DNA of 64,000 bases from a virus. Every line of letters begins with the position of its first letter. Within the stretch, counting starts at the first letter, position 1. The DNA lies in the IMG/VR virus record IMGVR_UViG_3300044972_000601, positions 1-64,000 of that record. One strand, written 5' to 3'. Under the pieces are notes generated by a model. That model saw only the letters and a list, made by a program, of their open reading frames with translations, was not told where the DNA came from and did no database searches. Position numbers and translations under genes: made by a program. Below are positions 15,955 through 25,294 of the stretch, piece by piece.

Positions 15955-16338
15955 ATGACTACTATTAACTATGACCGTTTTGCCAGTTTTGACATTAACG
16001 AGTGCTGTGACCACTTTGACAGCGAGAAGCAGAGCAACTGGAAGAAGATAAACAAGTTCATCATTGCAGATGGACAAGAGTACGCCCACATTATGGAAAC
16101 AGAGTTTGACTTTGAAGACACAGGTGATGGCGAGTACGAGGCCTTCCAAGCAGGCGTTAAGTATGCACTGACCAAGATGAACATTGCCTTTGAGGCCGCC
16201 GCAGTGGATCTCCAGGTATGCGAGGTGGACTTGGTAGAGAGCATGGGCTTTGTGCTGGTACGTGCAGACGACGAGCCCGAGGACTTTGTAAAACGAGTGC
16301 TTAAGAAGCCCGTTATGATGGTTGACAGCTGGGTCTAA
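15955..16338 (+). CDS. Early acidic hypothetical protein
   Basis: Promoter 15895, GGAGCGAC SD. Confidence 0.75.
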   Translation: MTTINYDRFASFDINECCDHFDSEKQSNWKKINKFIIADGQEYAHIMETEFDFEDTGDGEYEAFQAGVKYALTKMNIAFEAAAVDLQVCEVDLVESMGFVLVRADDEPEDFVKRVLKKPVMMVDSWV

Positions 16339-16381
16339 AGCTGTTATAATTACTACTTAAACAACACACAGGAGCGAACCT

Positions 16382-16735
16382 ATGTTAGCACAAGCAACAG
16401 TTATCACACAAGAAGCAGTTCAAAACGCTTGCAACGAAGCAGGCATCCAAGCCCGTACAGCGGCCAAAGCATTCCACGCCAAACACGGCGACAGAGATGC
16501 ATGCGGCTTTGCGTGGGTCAACGTGTTTGGCGTTCGTTCAAACAGCAAAGTGGGCAAGTGGCTACAGGCCGCAGGCTTCCGCAAAGACTACACGGGTGCA
16601 TTGAGCTTGTGGAACCCCAGCGGCTTCCCTACTCAATCAATCAGCATTTTGGAAGCGGGAGCAGATGCCTACGCCCAAGTGCTCAAAGACAAGTTGGGTC
16701 TGGACAAGGTCTACAGCGGAAGCAGAATGGACTAA
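16382..16735 (+). CDS. Early hypothetical protein (CGFAWV motif)
   Basis: Promoter plus GGAGCGAA SD. Confidence 0.8.
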   Translation: MLAQATVITQEAVQNACNEAGIQARTAAKAFHAKHGDRDACGFAWVNVFGVRSNSKVGKWLQAAGFRKDYTGALSLWNPSGFPTQSISILEAGADAYAQVLKDKLGLDKVYSGSRMD

Positions 16736-16807
16736 CCAAAATACATGACAGAGCCGCAAGGTTCTGTTATAATTAAATCTTTAAACAGCGTAAATAAAGG
16801 AACACAA

Positions 16808-17692
16808 ATGGCTAAAGTCGTTACATCAAAGATGCTTATGGCACTACAATCAGAAGTTACCAGCAAGACTCTTGAAGTCGAAGCTGTGAAGAAGGATCTG
16901 TCTAAAGAAACGGATGAAGAGATACTGACTCGTTTGAGAGATCGTTTTGAGATCCTGGACGACATGACTCGTGCAGTTAAGAGCGGCAAGGTACGTGCTA
17001 TGATTGTCACAGGCCCTCCGGGTGTGGGCAAGAGCCACGGTGTTGAGACTGTGTTGTCAAAGCACGATGTGTTTGCCAATGTGGCACAGGACGAGAAGCT
17101 GAAGAAGTATGAAGTAGTCAAAGGTGCTATGAGTGCCCTGGGCTTGTACTCTAAGCTGTATCACTACAAGGATGCCAAGAACATTCTAGTGTTTGATGAC
17201 TGTGACAGTGTGCTGTTGGATGACTTGAGCTTGAACATTCTTAAGGCAGCATTGGATACATCCAGCAAGCGTATGATCCATTGGAACACTGACTCACACC
17301 TATTGCGTCGTGAAGGCGTGCCAGACAGCTTTGAGTTCAAGGGCGGTGCTATCTTTATTACCAACATCAAGTTCGATCACGTTAAGTCAAAGAAGCTCCG
17401 CGATCACTTGGAAGCATTGGAGTCACGCTGCCACTACTTGGACCTTACTATCGACACAGAGCGTGAGAAGATCCTACGCATTGAGCAGGTGGTTAACGAG
17501 TGCGGTATGCTGGACAAGTATGAGTTCGAACCCTACCAAGCAATGGAGGTAGTGGACTTTGTTAAGGCCAACGTGCATCGCCTGCGTGAGCTGAGCTTGC
17601 GTACAGTCCTTAAGGTAGCTGACTTGAAGCATGGCTTCCCAGACAAGTGGAAGGCAGTAGCAGAGGTAACGTGTATGCGTAACAGCCGTTAA
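16808..17692 (+). CDS. AAA-type P-loop ATPase
   Basis: Walker A GPPGVGKS, Walker B ILVFDD, sensor FITN, ALESR. Confidence 0.85.
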   Translation: MAKVVTSKMLMALQSEVTSKTLEVEAVKKDLSKETDEEILTRLRDRFEILDDMTRAVKSGKVRAMIVTGPPGVGKSHGVETVLSKHDVFANVAQDEKLKKYEVVKGAMSALGLYSKLYHYKDAKNILVFDDCDSVLLDDLSLNILKAALDTSSKRMIHWNTDSHLLRREGVPDSFEFKGGAIFITNIKFDHVKSKKLRDHLEALESRCHYLDLTIDTEREKILRIEQVVNECGMLDKYEFEPYQAMEVVDFVKANVHRLRELSLRTVLKVADLKHGFPDKWKAVAEVTCMRNSR

Positions 17693-17747
17693 GCTGTACG
17701 TGTATGCAGTACAGTAAGCAGCCACTAAGAGCTGTGCTGTACACAAG

Positions 17748-17861
17748 GTCTCGCCAACGATTCGCTCCCGGCAACGAGACTCCTAGCCCGGAAGGATGTC
17801 CGGGCAGTGTGATCCCTGACAATAAATCCGATTCGCTCCCGGTATGTCAGGGATTCTTTTT
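17748..17861 (+). ncRNA. Candidate three-hairpin sRNA ending in a terminator-like stem
   Basis: Two hairpins carry the same 14-mer CGATTCGCTCCCGG; U-run after the last stem. Confidence 0.6.
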
Positions 17862-18153
17862 GATTAAAATATCGGTCGGGGCATGCAAAATAAAAAAGAT
17901 TTCGAGAGGGGTGGGGGACTATACAAATGATTTACTGTTGTATTTTTACAACAGCGCATGCAAAATCAACTCACCATAGGTGCCAAATCACCCCACCAAA
18001 AGCAAAAGTACTTCTCTATATTTTTTTACGCACAAGAAATTTGCGGAGCAAAGGACCCATTCGGGGACTTCAAACTAACCCCGTATAGTGCGTAAGTACT
18101 GCTCAAATTTTTTCTGCGTATATTTTTTTTGAACCTTACAACACCATTCTCGC

Positions 18154-18161
18154 TATAAATA
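18154..18161 (+). promoter_or_regulatory. T4-type late promoter TATAAATA
   Basis: Exact consensus 6 nt before ORF 18168. Confidence 0.7.
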
Positions 18162-18167
18162 CACTGT

Positions 18168-18824
18168 ATGAAAATTATTGAAATACTTGAACCCACTGCG
18201 GAGCCCACAACCACTGCCACACCCACAACTCCCGCTAAGAAGTTTCAAGATATTGCCACTTTGCAAAAGGATCCTGATGCACTGGTCAATACTTGGGCAC
18301 CACGATTAAATCAATTGCAAGCACGTTGTAACAGCATGTTAGCCAGACTCGTTCAAGCAGCTGGAGCACCATGGGCGAAAAAGCTAGCAGGCACTACTAT
18401 CACAGTAAGAAGCACTGATCAGTACGTACAAGCCAATGCACAGGATCGTACTATTATCATAGACATTACAGTGTTTTGGGACGCACCAGATGCCACACTG
18501 GCAGTGGCCATAGGACATGAACTTGGCCATATTGCACTGGCACACATAGGTGCACCAGCAACACCTGCAGTTTCACGTAAGGATGAGTTTGATGCTGATG
18601 ACTTTGGTATTAAGCTGGCCAAATTACTAGGTTACAACACTGCTGAATTGTTCAAGTTCATGCACAGTAAGGAAGAGTATGATTGGACTAACTTTGTATC
18701 CAGCATGCCCAATAGTACGCATCCAAATTATCAACAGCGTATTGATCGTGCTAAGAAGGCAGGGTTTAAATTATCCAAGGGCGGACAACAACAGATCAAC
18801 GCCCTACAACAGCATTTGGCCTAG
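18168..18824 (+). CDS. M48-family zinc metallopeptidase
   Basis: GHELGH, EFDAD, STHP...QRI motifs. Confidence 0.8.
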   Translation: MKIIEILEPTAEPTTTATPTTPAKKFQDIATLQKDPDALVNTWAPRLNQLQARCNSMLARLVQAAGAPWAKKLAGTTITVRSTDQYVQANAQDRTIIIDITVFWDAPDATLAVAIGHELGHIALAHIGAPATPAVSRKDEFDADDFGIKLAKLLGYNTAELFKFMHSKEEYDWTNFVSSMPNSTHPNYQQRIDRAKKAGFKLSKGGQQQINALQQHLA

Positions 18825-18833
18825 TATTATACT

Positions 18834-19157
18834 TTAGGCCCAGCTTACTGTTACTGTGGTAAAACTGTCGTTATTGGCATCGCTTTTGGTTACCACATAT
18901 CCATAACGCACCATTAGTGCAGTAAACTCAGTTTCATTGGCTGCTACTCCGCCTTCCAACGCACCACCATCAAAACCACTGTAACTACTGTAGTTGAATA
19001 CCTTTGTGCTGTAGCCCTGTGTTGCCCTTGTGCTAATAGTGGTAATTACCGTGGCATATTTTGCAGCCAGTGCGTCGTCGATTTCAGCTTGTGAAGCTGA
19101 GTCCACCAATATTTTCATATTGGCTGCTAGGGGTATGCTTGCGGATATGGTTGCCAT
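18834..19157 (-). CDS. Hypothetical protein
   Basis: GGAG SD, TAAATA upstream. Confidence 0.65.
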   Translation of the reverse strand: MATISASIPLAANMKILVDSASQAEIDDALAAKYATVITTISTRATQGYSTKVFNYSSYSGFDGGALEGGVAANETEFTALMVRYGYVVTKSDANNDSFTTVTVSWA

Positions 19158-19281
19158 AGAATTCTCCAGTACTGTATTTAAAGGATTTGGTGAGAGTGAT
19201 AATGTGGGCTGTTAACTGACCTAAAATCTGCTTTCCGATTTTGCGCTTCGCTGCTACTTCGTAGCAAGAACCAGCGGGTGC

Positions 19282-20016
19282 CTAGATGCTGTCTACCAAA
19301 GCAGTAATGTATCGTTCATAGGCACGCTGTTCATCAGGTTTCATTATGTGTGAAGGCCAAGGCTGTTTGCCCGCATTGATAACGCTCAGGGCTGGTTGAC
19401 CCGACATCATTTCTCCTGCCAAATTTCTCACATCGCCTATGGAGCTGTCCAGCACATGGGCCACACGTGCCAGTTTGGCATTGCCATAATACGTATTGAT
19501 CATTTCTTCTGTCCAACCTTTGTTGAACCAGCCTTTGGCACCAATGCCAAAGAACGGATACCATTTGCCCACAGGCACTCCGGTTTTGCCACCACTGCCT
19601 GTGCTCACATAAAACGGAGCAGCAAAACCATCTATGTCCACCACCACTATGGGTCTAGTACCTATCTGCACTATTTTATCCTGTGTGCCCGGAAGATTGT
19701 GCAACTGCAATCCAACCCTTTCTGCTTGAGCTGTTTTGGCGGCCAGTGCAGGAAAGGTATCCAGTCCGGCTGTGGATTTGGGTGTGGTGTATATGGGAGT
19801 GGGTCTAGGAGTTTGATCAGGATCACGAGTGGGCGTGGGAGTTGCACCAGTGGGTTTGGATGTTTGACCAAGATCCGGCCGTGTGGGAGTGGGGGTTGCA
19901 CCACTGGGCTTGCCCATTACGGGATCTATACGGGGCAGTTCTTTTGGCGCTTGTTTGCCAAATAGACCCAATATCTTGGATCCAATTCCTTCGCTGATTA
20001 TTTCATGTACTCGCAT
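19282..20016 (-). CDS. Hypothetical late protein with Pro/Thr repeat
   Basis: MRVHEIISE N-terminus; KP(S/T)GATPTPTR twice; ATAAATA upstream. Confidence 0.7.
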   Translation of the reverse strand: MRVHEIISEGIGSKILGLFGKQAPKELPRIDPVMGKPSGATPTPTRPDLGQTSKPTGATPTPTRDPDQTPRPTPIYTTPKSTAGLDTFPALAAKTAQAERVGLQLHNLPGTQDKIVQIGTRPIVVVDIDGFAAPFYVSTGSGGKTGVPVGKWYPFFGIGAKGWFNKGWTEEMINTYYGNAKLARVAHVLDSSIGDVRNLAGEMMSGQPALSVINAGKQPWPSHIMKPDEQRAYERYITALVDSI

Positions 20017-20033
20017 GCAATATTTATGCGAAT

Positions 20034-20495
20034 TTACTCAGTGGGCTTCTTGCGACGGTAGTATTGATAGTTAACTGTGGTATCGTTGGTTTGATGCACA
20101 GTGGCACCGTTCTTGGTGTGGAATCGGCGTGCCATCTCAGTCTGGGGACTAAGTGTAACAATATCGTCCACATCCTTGTAGTCCTTTAGAATCCATTCTG
20201 CGGCTTCCTTGATCAAGCGGGCGCCTGCACCTGGTGCGTAACTCCAAATGGTATAGAACACTGCCACACGTTTGTCCTTGTCCATGGTGACCAAATCTTC
20301 TTCGCTCTTGGGAATAGTGCTGAGCCATTGCATGCATGTGGCCGCAAGTATTTCCTCGCCTGCTTTCAGTATCAAGATTTCAGCTGCTTCATTTATACGC
20401 TGTTCAAGTGGAATGTGGGGTCGTACCGGATCGTCCTTGATGCAACTTGCTCTAGGATCTTTCGGATCAGTTATGCGTATGAATTCCATGGTCAT
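20034..20495 (-). CDS. Hypothetical protein, possibly GNAT-like fold
   Basis: FYTIWSYAPGAGARLI...ARRFHTKNGA. Confidence 0.6.
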   Translation of the reverse strand: MTMEFIRITDPKDPRASCIKDDPVRPHIPLEQRINEAAEILILKAGEEILAATCMQWLSTIPKSEEDLVTMDKDKRVAVFYTIWSYAPGAGARLIKEAAEWILKDYKDVDDIVTLSPQTEMARRFHTKNGATVHQTNDTTVNYQYYRRKKPTE

Positions 20496-20542
20496 TATAT
20501 GTGTACTTATGTCTTTTGTCTTAAAGTTGTGTTACAGGATGA

Positions 20543-22006
20543 TTACACATCATCCTGTGGTAAGTTGTTCAGTAAATCTCTTAGCTTGCTACTTTCGACC
20601 TGTGCTTTGATTCTAGGCTTGCCCAGGTCAAAACCTTCCGCAGGTGTGGCACGTTCCCATGCAGGTTTGGTTTCATCTGTTACAGTTTGACGGGCTTTGA
20701 TACTGCTTAACAAACTGGATCCTGCACTGGCTTGTCCAGAACCATATGTATCTTCTTGCTCACAGTCTGTGATACGCAGTGTATCAATATTAAAGTCCAG
20801 ATCAATCTTTTGACCGACACCACTGCTGGAGCGTGTCTTCATCAGCTGAATTTGATACTTGCCACGTTCACGCATAGCACGACTTGTAAAAATACCAAAC
20901 ACGTTATCTGCTGTTTGAATCTTGGAGAGCCCGCCCGATATGTGGCTGTGGTCAAACTCAATTTCTTCCACTGCTCCACGATTCAACTGCGCCGCAGTAA
21001 CGAATACACATTGCTTTTCCACTGCTAGATTACGTAGTTCTTCACTAACATACTTGTCCTTGACAAACAAGTTTTCTGCACTGATCTTCTTGCTCAAGGG
21101 CATTAGCAAGTCCATGTAGTCAACTAGCAATACATCAATCTTACGGCCCATTTTGATTTCATACTCTTTCATATAAGCACGAATATCATTGGCTGTCTTA
21201 CCACTTGGCATGTACTTGACTTGGAACTGTCCAGATTTCTTGCCAATCATTTTGACTTTGATCTCAACGTCATCGATGTTCTTGAAAATCTCTCTTGTAG
21301 GGATTCCGGTTATCATTGCATCCACACGCATGGATACAAGTTCTTCACTCAATTCTAATGTGAGATACAGTACGTTAAGTCCAGATGTTGCATAGTTAAC
21401 ACCTAAGTTAGCTAGGAAAAGACTTTTACCAGCGCCACTACCACCAGCCCAGATATTAAGTTCCCCGCGATTAAAACCCCCAAATAACTTATCGTCGACA
21501 GCTTTCCAACCTGTTGAAATTTGTCCATTCTTGTCCTTGATCCTCATCAATCGTGCTCTTGGGTCTTTGAAATAATCAGTACCCATGTCTCTTTGTAATC
21601 CAATCTGTACCGCTTGTTTGATTTTTTCTTCCACTGGACCGTACTCACCTTTTTCCAGCAAATCTGCCGATTCTAGAATAGCACGTTCCAGTCCTTTGTG
21701 GCGGGTAAACGTTTCAAAGTCGTTGAGCAACCATTCAAAGTGTTCTTCACGTAGTTCTGTTGCTGCCTTGAGATTACTGCCTGTTGCCGCATTTAGAATG
21801 TCAGGCGTGGGTAACACATTGTTCTCACTTACATATGCAGTAAGAAACTCCGCTGGCTCACGTAGCTTACGGTCGAATAAACTGCTGTCAAAAATACTTT
21901 GGCAGCGTACAAATGTGCCTGCATCTGCCAGCATCATTTCCAAGTAGACTTTCTGGATGTCATATCCATAGTCCACGTTTTGTCTTGCTTTTTTATCATC
22001 TGTCAT
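20543..22006 (-). CDS. 41: DnaB-like replicative helicase (T4 gp41-like)
   Basis: GGSGAGKS, LELSEE, LLVDY, TAAQLNR, MKTR. Confidence 0.93.
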   Translation of the reverse strand: MTDDKKARQNVDYGYDIQKVYLEMMLADAGTFVRCQSIFDSSLFDRKLREPAEFLTAYVSENNVLPTPDILNAATGSNLKAATELREEHFEWLLNDFETFTRHKGLERAILESADLLEKGEYGPVEEKIKQAVQIGLQRDMGTDYFKDPRARLMRIKDKNGQISTGWKAVDDKLFGGFNRGELNIWAGGSGAGKSLFLANLGVNYATSGLNVLYLTLELSEELVSMRVDAMITGIPTREIFKNIDDVEIKVKMIGKKSGQFQVKYMPSGKTANDIRAYMKEYEIKMGRKIDVLLVDYMDLLMPLSKKISAENLFVKDKYVSEELRNLAVEKQCVFVTAAQLNRGAVEEIEFDHSHISGGLSKIQTADNVFGIFTSRAMRERGKYQIQLMKTRSSSGVGQKIDLDFNIDTLRITDCEQEDTYGSGQASAGSSLLSSIKARQTVTDETKPAWERATPAEGFDLGKPRIKAQVESSKLRDLLNNLPQDDV

Positions 22007-22023
22007 AATGTATTATACGCTCT

Positions 22024-22980
22024 TTAAACTTTAATATCAATGTGTTTGACTGGATCCCACGGATAATCCTGCACTCGATTTTTTGTATGATATAACACGG
22101 CGCCCATGCTACTACTAGGATCGCCAGGGTTAGGTAAACTCCATATGTACTTAAACTGTGGTTCTACTTCGTTACGATTGGCCTGACTGTTCATAGCACA
22201 ACCGCCCATATAGACTAAACAGTCTGCATTAGTTAATGTCTTAGCCAGACGCATTATCTTGCCTACTTCTATTTCAAAACGCTCTTGTACTGCGGCAGCA
22301 AGGTCGCATTGTAGCTGTAACGTCTCTAATTTATTGTCATCCCAATGCCCAACTCCTCTATGAAAGTTGTATTCTAAGTCAACTACTCCTGTTCCAAAGT
22401 AGTTACCTACTGTTCTTCTAAACAAGTAAGGATTACCTTGTTCTGCCATTTTCTGTAATAAGTGTTCGTCTTTTATTGGAGTTAACCCAATAAACTGAGT
22501 AAAGGCACTGTAGAACAATCCTAAACTATGTGGGTAACTTCTACTCCACACTTTCTTCATTTCGCCGTGACTGCAATTCCAAATTGTAGCACATTCAAAC
22601 TCACCGATAGCATCAAGCACGACAACAGCACAGTGATTAAAAGGGCTGGTATAATAACCTGCCGCCGCGTGACTAGCATGGTGTGGAGTGTACGTAATTG
22701 GTGCATAATGTAATCCTGTTCTTTGTGTATAGTTATTTGGTAAGTTGCTTATATCCATGGCAGTACGATATTGTCCAGCATAAATTTGTCTTGCCTTCTT
22801 TACCCACGGACGTTCATACCAATATATGCGATCCGGTGCACCACCATAATTTAATGCCTTAAGTTTAATCTCGCTAGGTATTTCATCTTCGTGTGAAACA
22901 TCCAAACTTATTAGTCTCTCGTCCTTAAACACTGCAAGGCTACTGCCGTGATTAAGTGCATTAATCCCCCAGTGAATCAT
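22024..22980 (-). CDS. Carbamoyltransferase (NodU/CmcH) N-terminal Kae1-like domain only
   Basis: HHASHAA..YYTSPF, LDAIGE, SLGLFYS, GGCAMN, PGD. Confidence 0.85.
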   Translation of the reverse strand: MIHWGINALNHGSSLAVFKDERLISLDVSHEDEIPSEIKLKALNYGGAPDRIYWYERPWVKKARQIYAGQYRTAMDISNLPNNYTQRTGLHYAPITYTPHHASHAAAGYYTSPFNHCAVVVLDAIGEFECATIWNCSHGEMKKVWSRSYPHSLGLFYSAFTQFIGLTPIKDEHLLQKMAEQGNPYLFRRTVGNYFGTGVVDLEYNFHRGVGHWDDNKLETLQLQCDLAAAVQERFEIEVGKIMRLAKTLTNADCLVYMGGCAMNSQANRNEVEPQFKYIWSLPNPGDPSSSMGAVLYHTKNRVQDYPWDPVKHIDIKV

Positions 22981-23090
22981 TTGTAGATAAATGGATCACG
23001 TTTGCGTAATTCTTCGAGCCGTTCTTTAAAACGTTTGCGTTCTTGATACTTGTACCAAGGTCGTAATAAAAAATCAATTATTCGTTTCAT
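22977..23090 (-). CDS. Small protein ending ELRKRDPFIYK
   Basis: Manual translation; coupled to neighbours. Confidence 0.65.
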   Translation of the reverse strand: MKRIIDFLLRPWYKYQERKRFKERLEELRKRDPFIYK

Positions 23091-24054
23091 GTTCTTCCTT
23101 AAACCATTTCTTTGCCTTAAGTTGTATCTTAAGGCTGTTGGATTCTTTAGCGGATGTTATTAGGTATAATGTTGCTAGTCTACCTAACTTAACTACTGCA
23201 TCGTTTACATCTTTAATGCCTTCGGGCCAGTTGGGCATACTTACTGACCAGCCATACTCTAATGCTTGCTCTATTGTCTTAGGTCCTTCGTGATCTCTAT
23301 CGGGAACAAGAACAATTTCCCTACCCAATTGCTTGAGTAGCCAGTTTTGGCTGTCTTTAATCTCAGCACCTAACAATGCACATCCATCAATACTTATCGC
23401 GTCAAACGGGCCTTCACATACAATTACGAAGTCTCGATTATTTGCTTGCCTATCTAAATTAAACACATATCCCGGTTGTTGCTCACTGATGTACTTGGGT
23501 TTAGTGTCGCCTATGGCCCGAGCTGTGTAACCCACAATGACATTGTCTTTGAGGAACGGTATGATTACTCTATTGCTAAACCCTATTTTAGGTGTCCAAT
23601 AAAATGGATAATCTTCGAGATATAAACTTCTACTTGAAAGATATTCAAGCACAGGAATGAGCTTTTCCGGGATATGGTCTAAACTTGATATAAGTTCGCT
23701 ATCCAAAGGCATTGCTCTAGGTTCAAACTTGGGTACTATGCTTTGTATAATTGTATTGGAATTGTCATTAAGACGCAGTGCTTCTAGCTTTAATTGGCTA
23801 ATAGTATCATCGCCCATGTTGAGCAATTGCATGAACTTGTTCATCTTTTGACTAATAGTTCTGCCGGGTTGCCAACTGCATTTGAACTGGCAATTAAAAC
23901 AATGATAGCTTACTGCATCGCCACCGTTAATAATAAAGCCGCCACGCTGTCTTTTATCGTCACAGCAAGGGGCATTAAAACTTATCCATCCGCTTGGAGT
24001 TTGTTTTCTTTTACCAGGTAAGTATTGTAGTAGTGTGTCTGCTATTAGGCCCAT
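23074..24054 (-). CDS. 61: DNA primase (gp61-like)
   Basis: N-terminal Zn ribbon (CC...HCFNC), TOPRIM VCEGPFDA, PDRD, KDVND. Confidence 0.9.
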   Translation of the reverse strand: MGLIADTLLQYLPGKRKQTPSGWISFNAPCCDDKRQRGGFIINGGDAVSYHCFNCQFKCSWQPGRTISQKMNKFMQLLNMGDDTISQLKLEALRLNDNSNTIIQSIVPKFEPRAMPLDSELISSLDHIPEKLIPVLEYLSSRSLYLEDYPFYWTPKIGFSNRVIIPFLKDNVIVGYTARAIGDTKPKYISEQQPGYVFNLDRQANNRDFVIVCEGPFDAISIDGCALLGAEIKDSQNWLLKQLGREIVLVPDRDHEGPKTIEQALEYGWSVSMPNWPEGIKDVNDAVVKLGRLATLYLITSAKESNSLKIQLKAKKWFKEEHETNN

Positions 24055-24066
24055 GCCTAATTATAC

Positions 24067-24894
24067 TTAATTTACCACTACTTTGTCAACAGTTCCGGTT
24101 GGACTAGCACCATATAGTCCAAGTAATGTTGGATCTAAATATGTCCAGACTACTCTAAAATAATTGTAATCACCAACTGGCAATGTAAACGATTGAGTAA
24201 ATGTTCCAGTACCTACTGGAGGTGTAAATGTAACTAATTTTACACCATTACGATTAAATGATTCTACACTAATGGTAGAATCCTTGGTTGCTTCAATATA
24301 CATCTCACCGGTATAATCGGTATAAGTTATATCAAATGACATTTCAGTTGTTGGTATAGCTTCGTAAAATTTACAAGGAATAGCACTGGTATGATTTTTT
24401 ACATTACCCATCAAATCAATTTCACCGCTGAATCTATCGTAAACTTTCTCATTCCTAAATGTTGGCATTGCATCTCCAACTAATTCAAATTTGCCCACTG
24501 CTCCGAATCTACTGTCAGCATACAACATAACATCGTTGCCATCTTTAAGGGCAGTAACACTGTATTTTAAATATTGGCTGGATAATTCAGTTAAATCTTC
24601 TTGAGGAATAGTAACAGCGGCAATACCTTTCAATGCAGTTGGAGTAACAGTGTATGGACTATTTTCTAAAGCATTTCCTTGAGCATCCATTATGTTTAAT
24701 TCTATCTGAGTCAGCGTGGCCAAATCGATGCGTTTTTGATCTGCGTTCTTTATATCGAACTCAATGGTGTTATCGATGCCATTATATATTTTTACATTTC
24801 TCTGATACACGTTTGTATACTCCACAGTAAATCCTGCCAAATTGGCTAATAGTTCAACTCTATTAGGATATAAATAACTTGAAATTTTTTGCAT
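24067..24894 (-). CDS. Hypothetical protein, possibly virion-associated
   Basis: Beta-rich; TAAATA upstream. Confidence 0.7.
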   Translation of the reverse strand: MQKISSYLYPNRVELLANLAGFTVEYTNVYQRNVKIYNGIDNTIEFDIKNADQKRIDLATLTQIELNIMDAQGNALENSPYTVTPTALKGIAAVTIPQEDLTELSSQYLKYSVTALKDGNDVMLYADSRFGAVGKFELVGDAMPTFRNEKVYDRFSGEIDLMGNVKNHTSAIPCKFYEAIPTTEMSFDITYTDYTGEMYIEATKDSTISVESFNRNGVKLVTFTPPVGTGTFTQSFTLPVGDYNYFRVVWTYLDPTLLGLYGASPTGTVDKVVVN

Positions 24895-24919
24895 CTGACA
24901 GGACCTTTATATACTATTT

Positions 24920-25294
24920 ATGGCAAAACTAAGAGACGATATCGAACAGAAATTACCCTTTATATCCGTGTTAAACTACGGTGAGGAAGAATACGTGGGC
25001 ATTATTATAAACCAGGATCAATTCGTCACAAGTTTTTATGACCTTAATGCCATTAAGACTGCTGAAGAGAAAACATTGTTCTTAGAAATAGGCGAAACAT
25101 GGTGGTGGGAATCAAATAGACAATTTCCCATCAACATATTCTGCAGAGAAATGATACACCCATTCCACTATGCTATCAAAACATTCAACAGCAAAGATAC
25201 ACGATTATTGTTGGGCCCGTGTGTAAATCTCATGAACTTGACTCTCAAACGTGTGAAACGCAAGAGTGTACAGTTAGTTCGAAAGGTTCGTTAA
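24920..25294 (+). CDS. Hypothetical protein
   Basis: Divergent ORF, WWWESNR motif. Confidence 0.7.
   Translation: MAKLRDDIEQKLPFISVLNYGEEEYVGIIINQDQFVTSFYDLNAIKTAEEKTLFLEIGETWWWESNRQFPINIFCREMIHPFHYAIKTFNSKDTRLLLGPCVNLMNLTLKRVKRKSVQLVRKVR

Larger units (their letters stand above)
4746..16773 (+). promoter_or_regulatory. Series of 23 consensus-like sigma70 early promoters
   Basis: TTGACN-17bp-TATAAT with -35 at 4746, 5111, 5867, 6496, 6889, 7332, 7691, 8628, 8820, 9143, 9688, 10410, 11007, 11308, 12014, 13343, 14484, 15003, 15334, 15748, 15895, 16322 and 16745 (ATGACA). Confidence 0.9.

Noticed and set aside
250-17692. Integron or site-specific shufflon as the cassette mechanism
   Set aside because: No tyrosine or serine recombinase ORF and no attC-like structures in the window; one elsewhere in the genome cannot be excluded.
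17704-17979. 91-aa ORF over the hairpin element
   Set aside because: No SD and atypical composition; RNA structure explains the sequence better.
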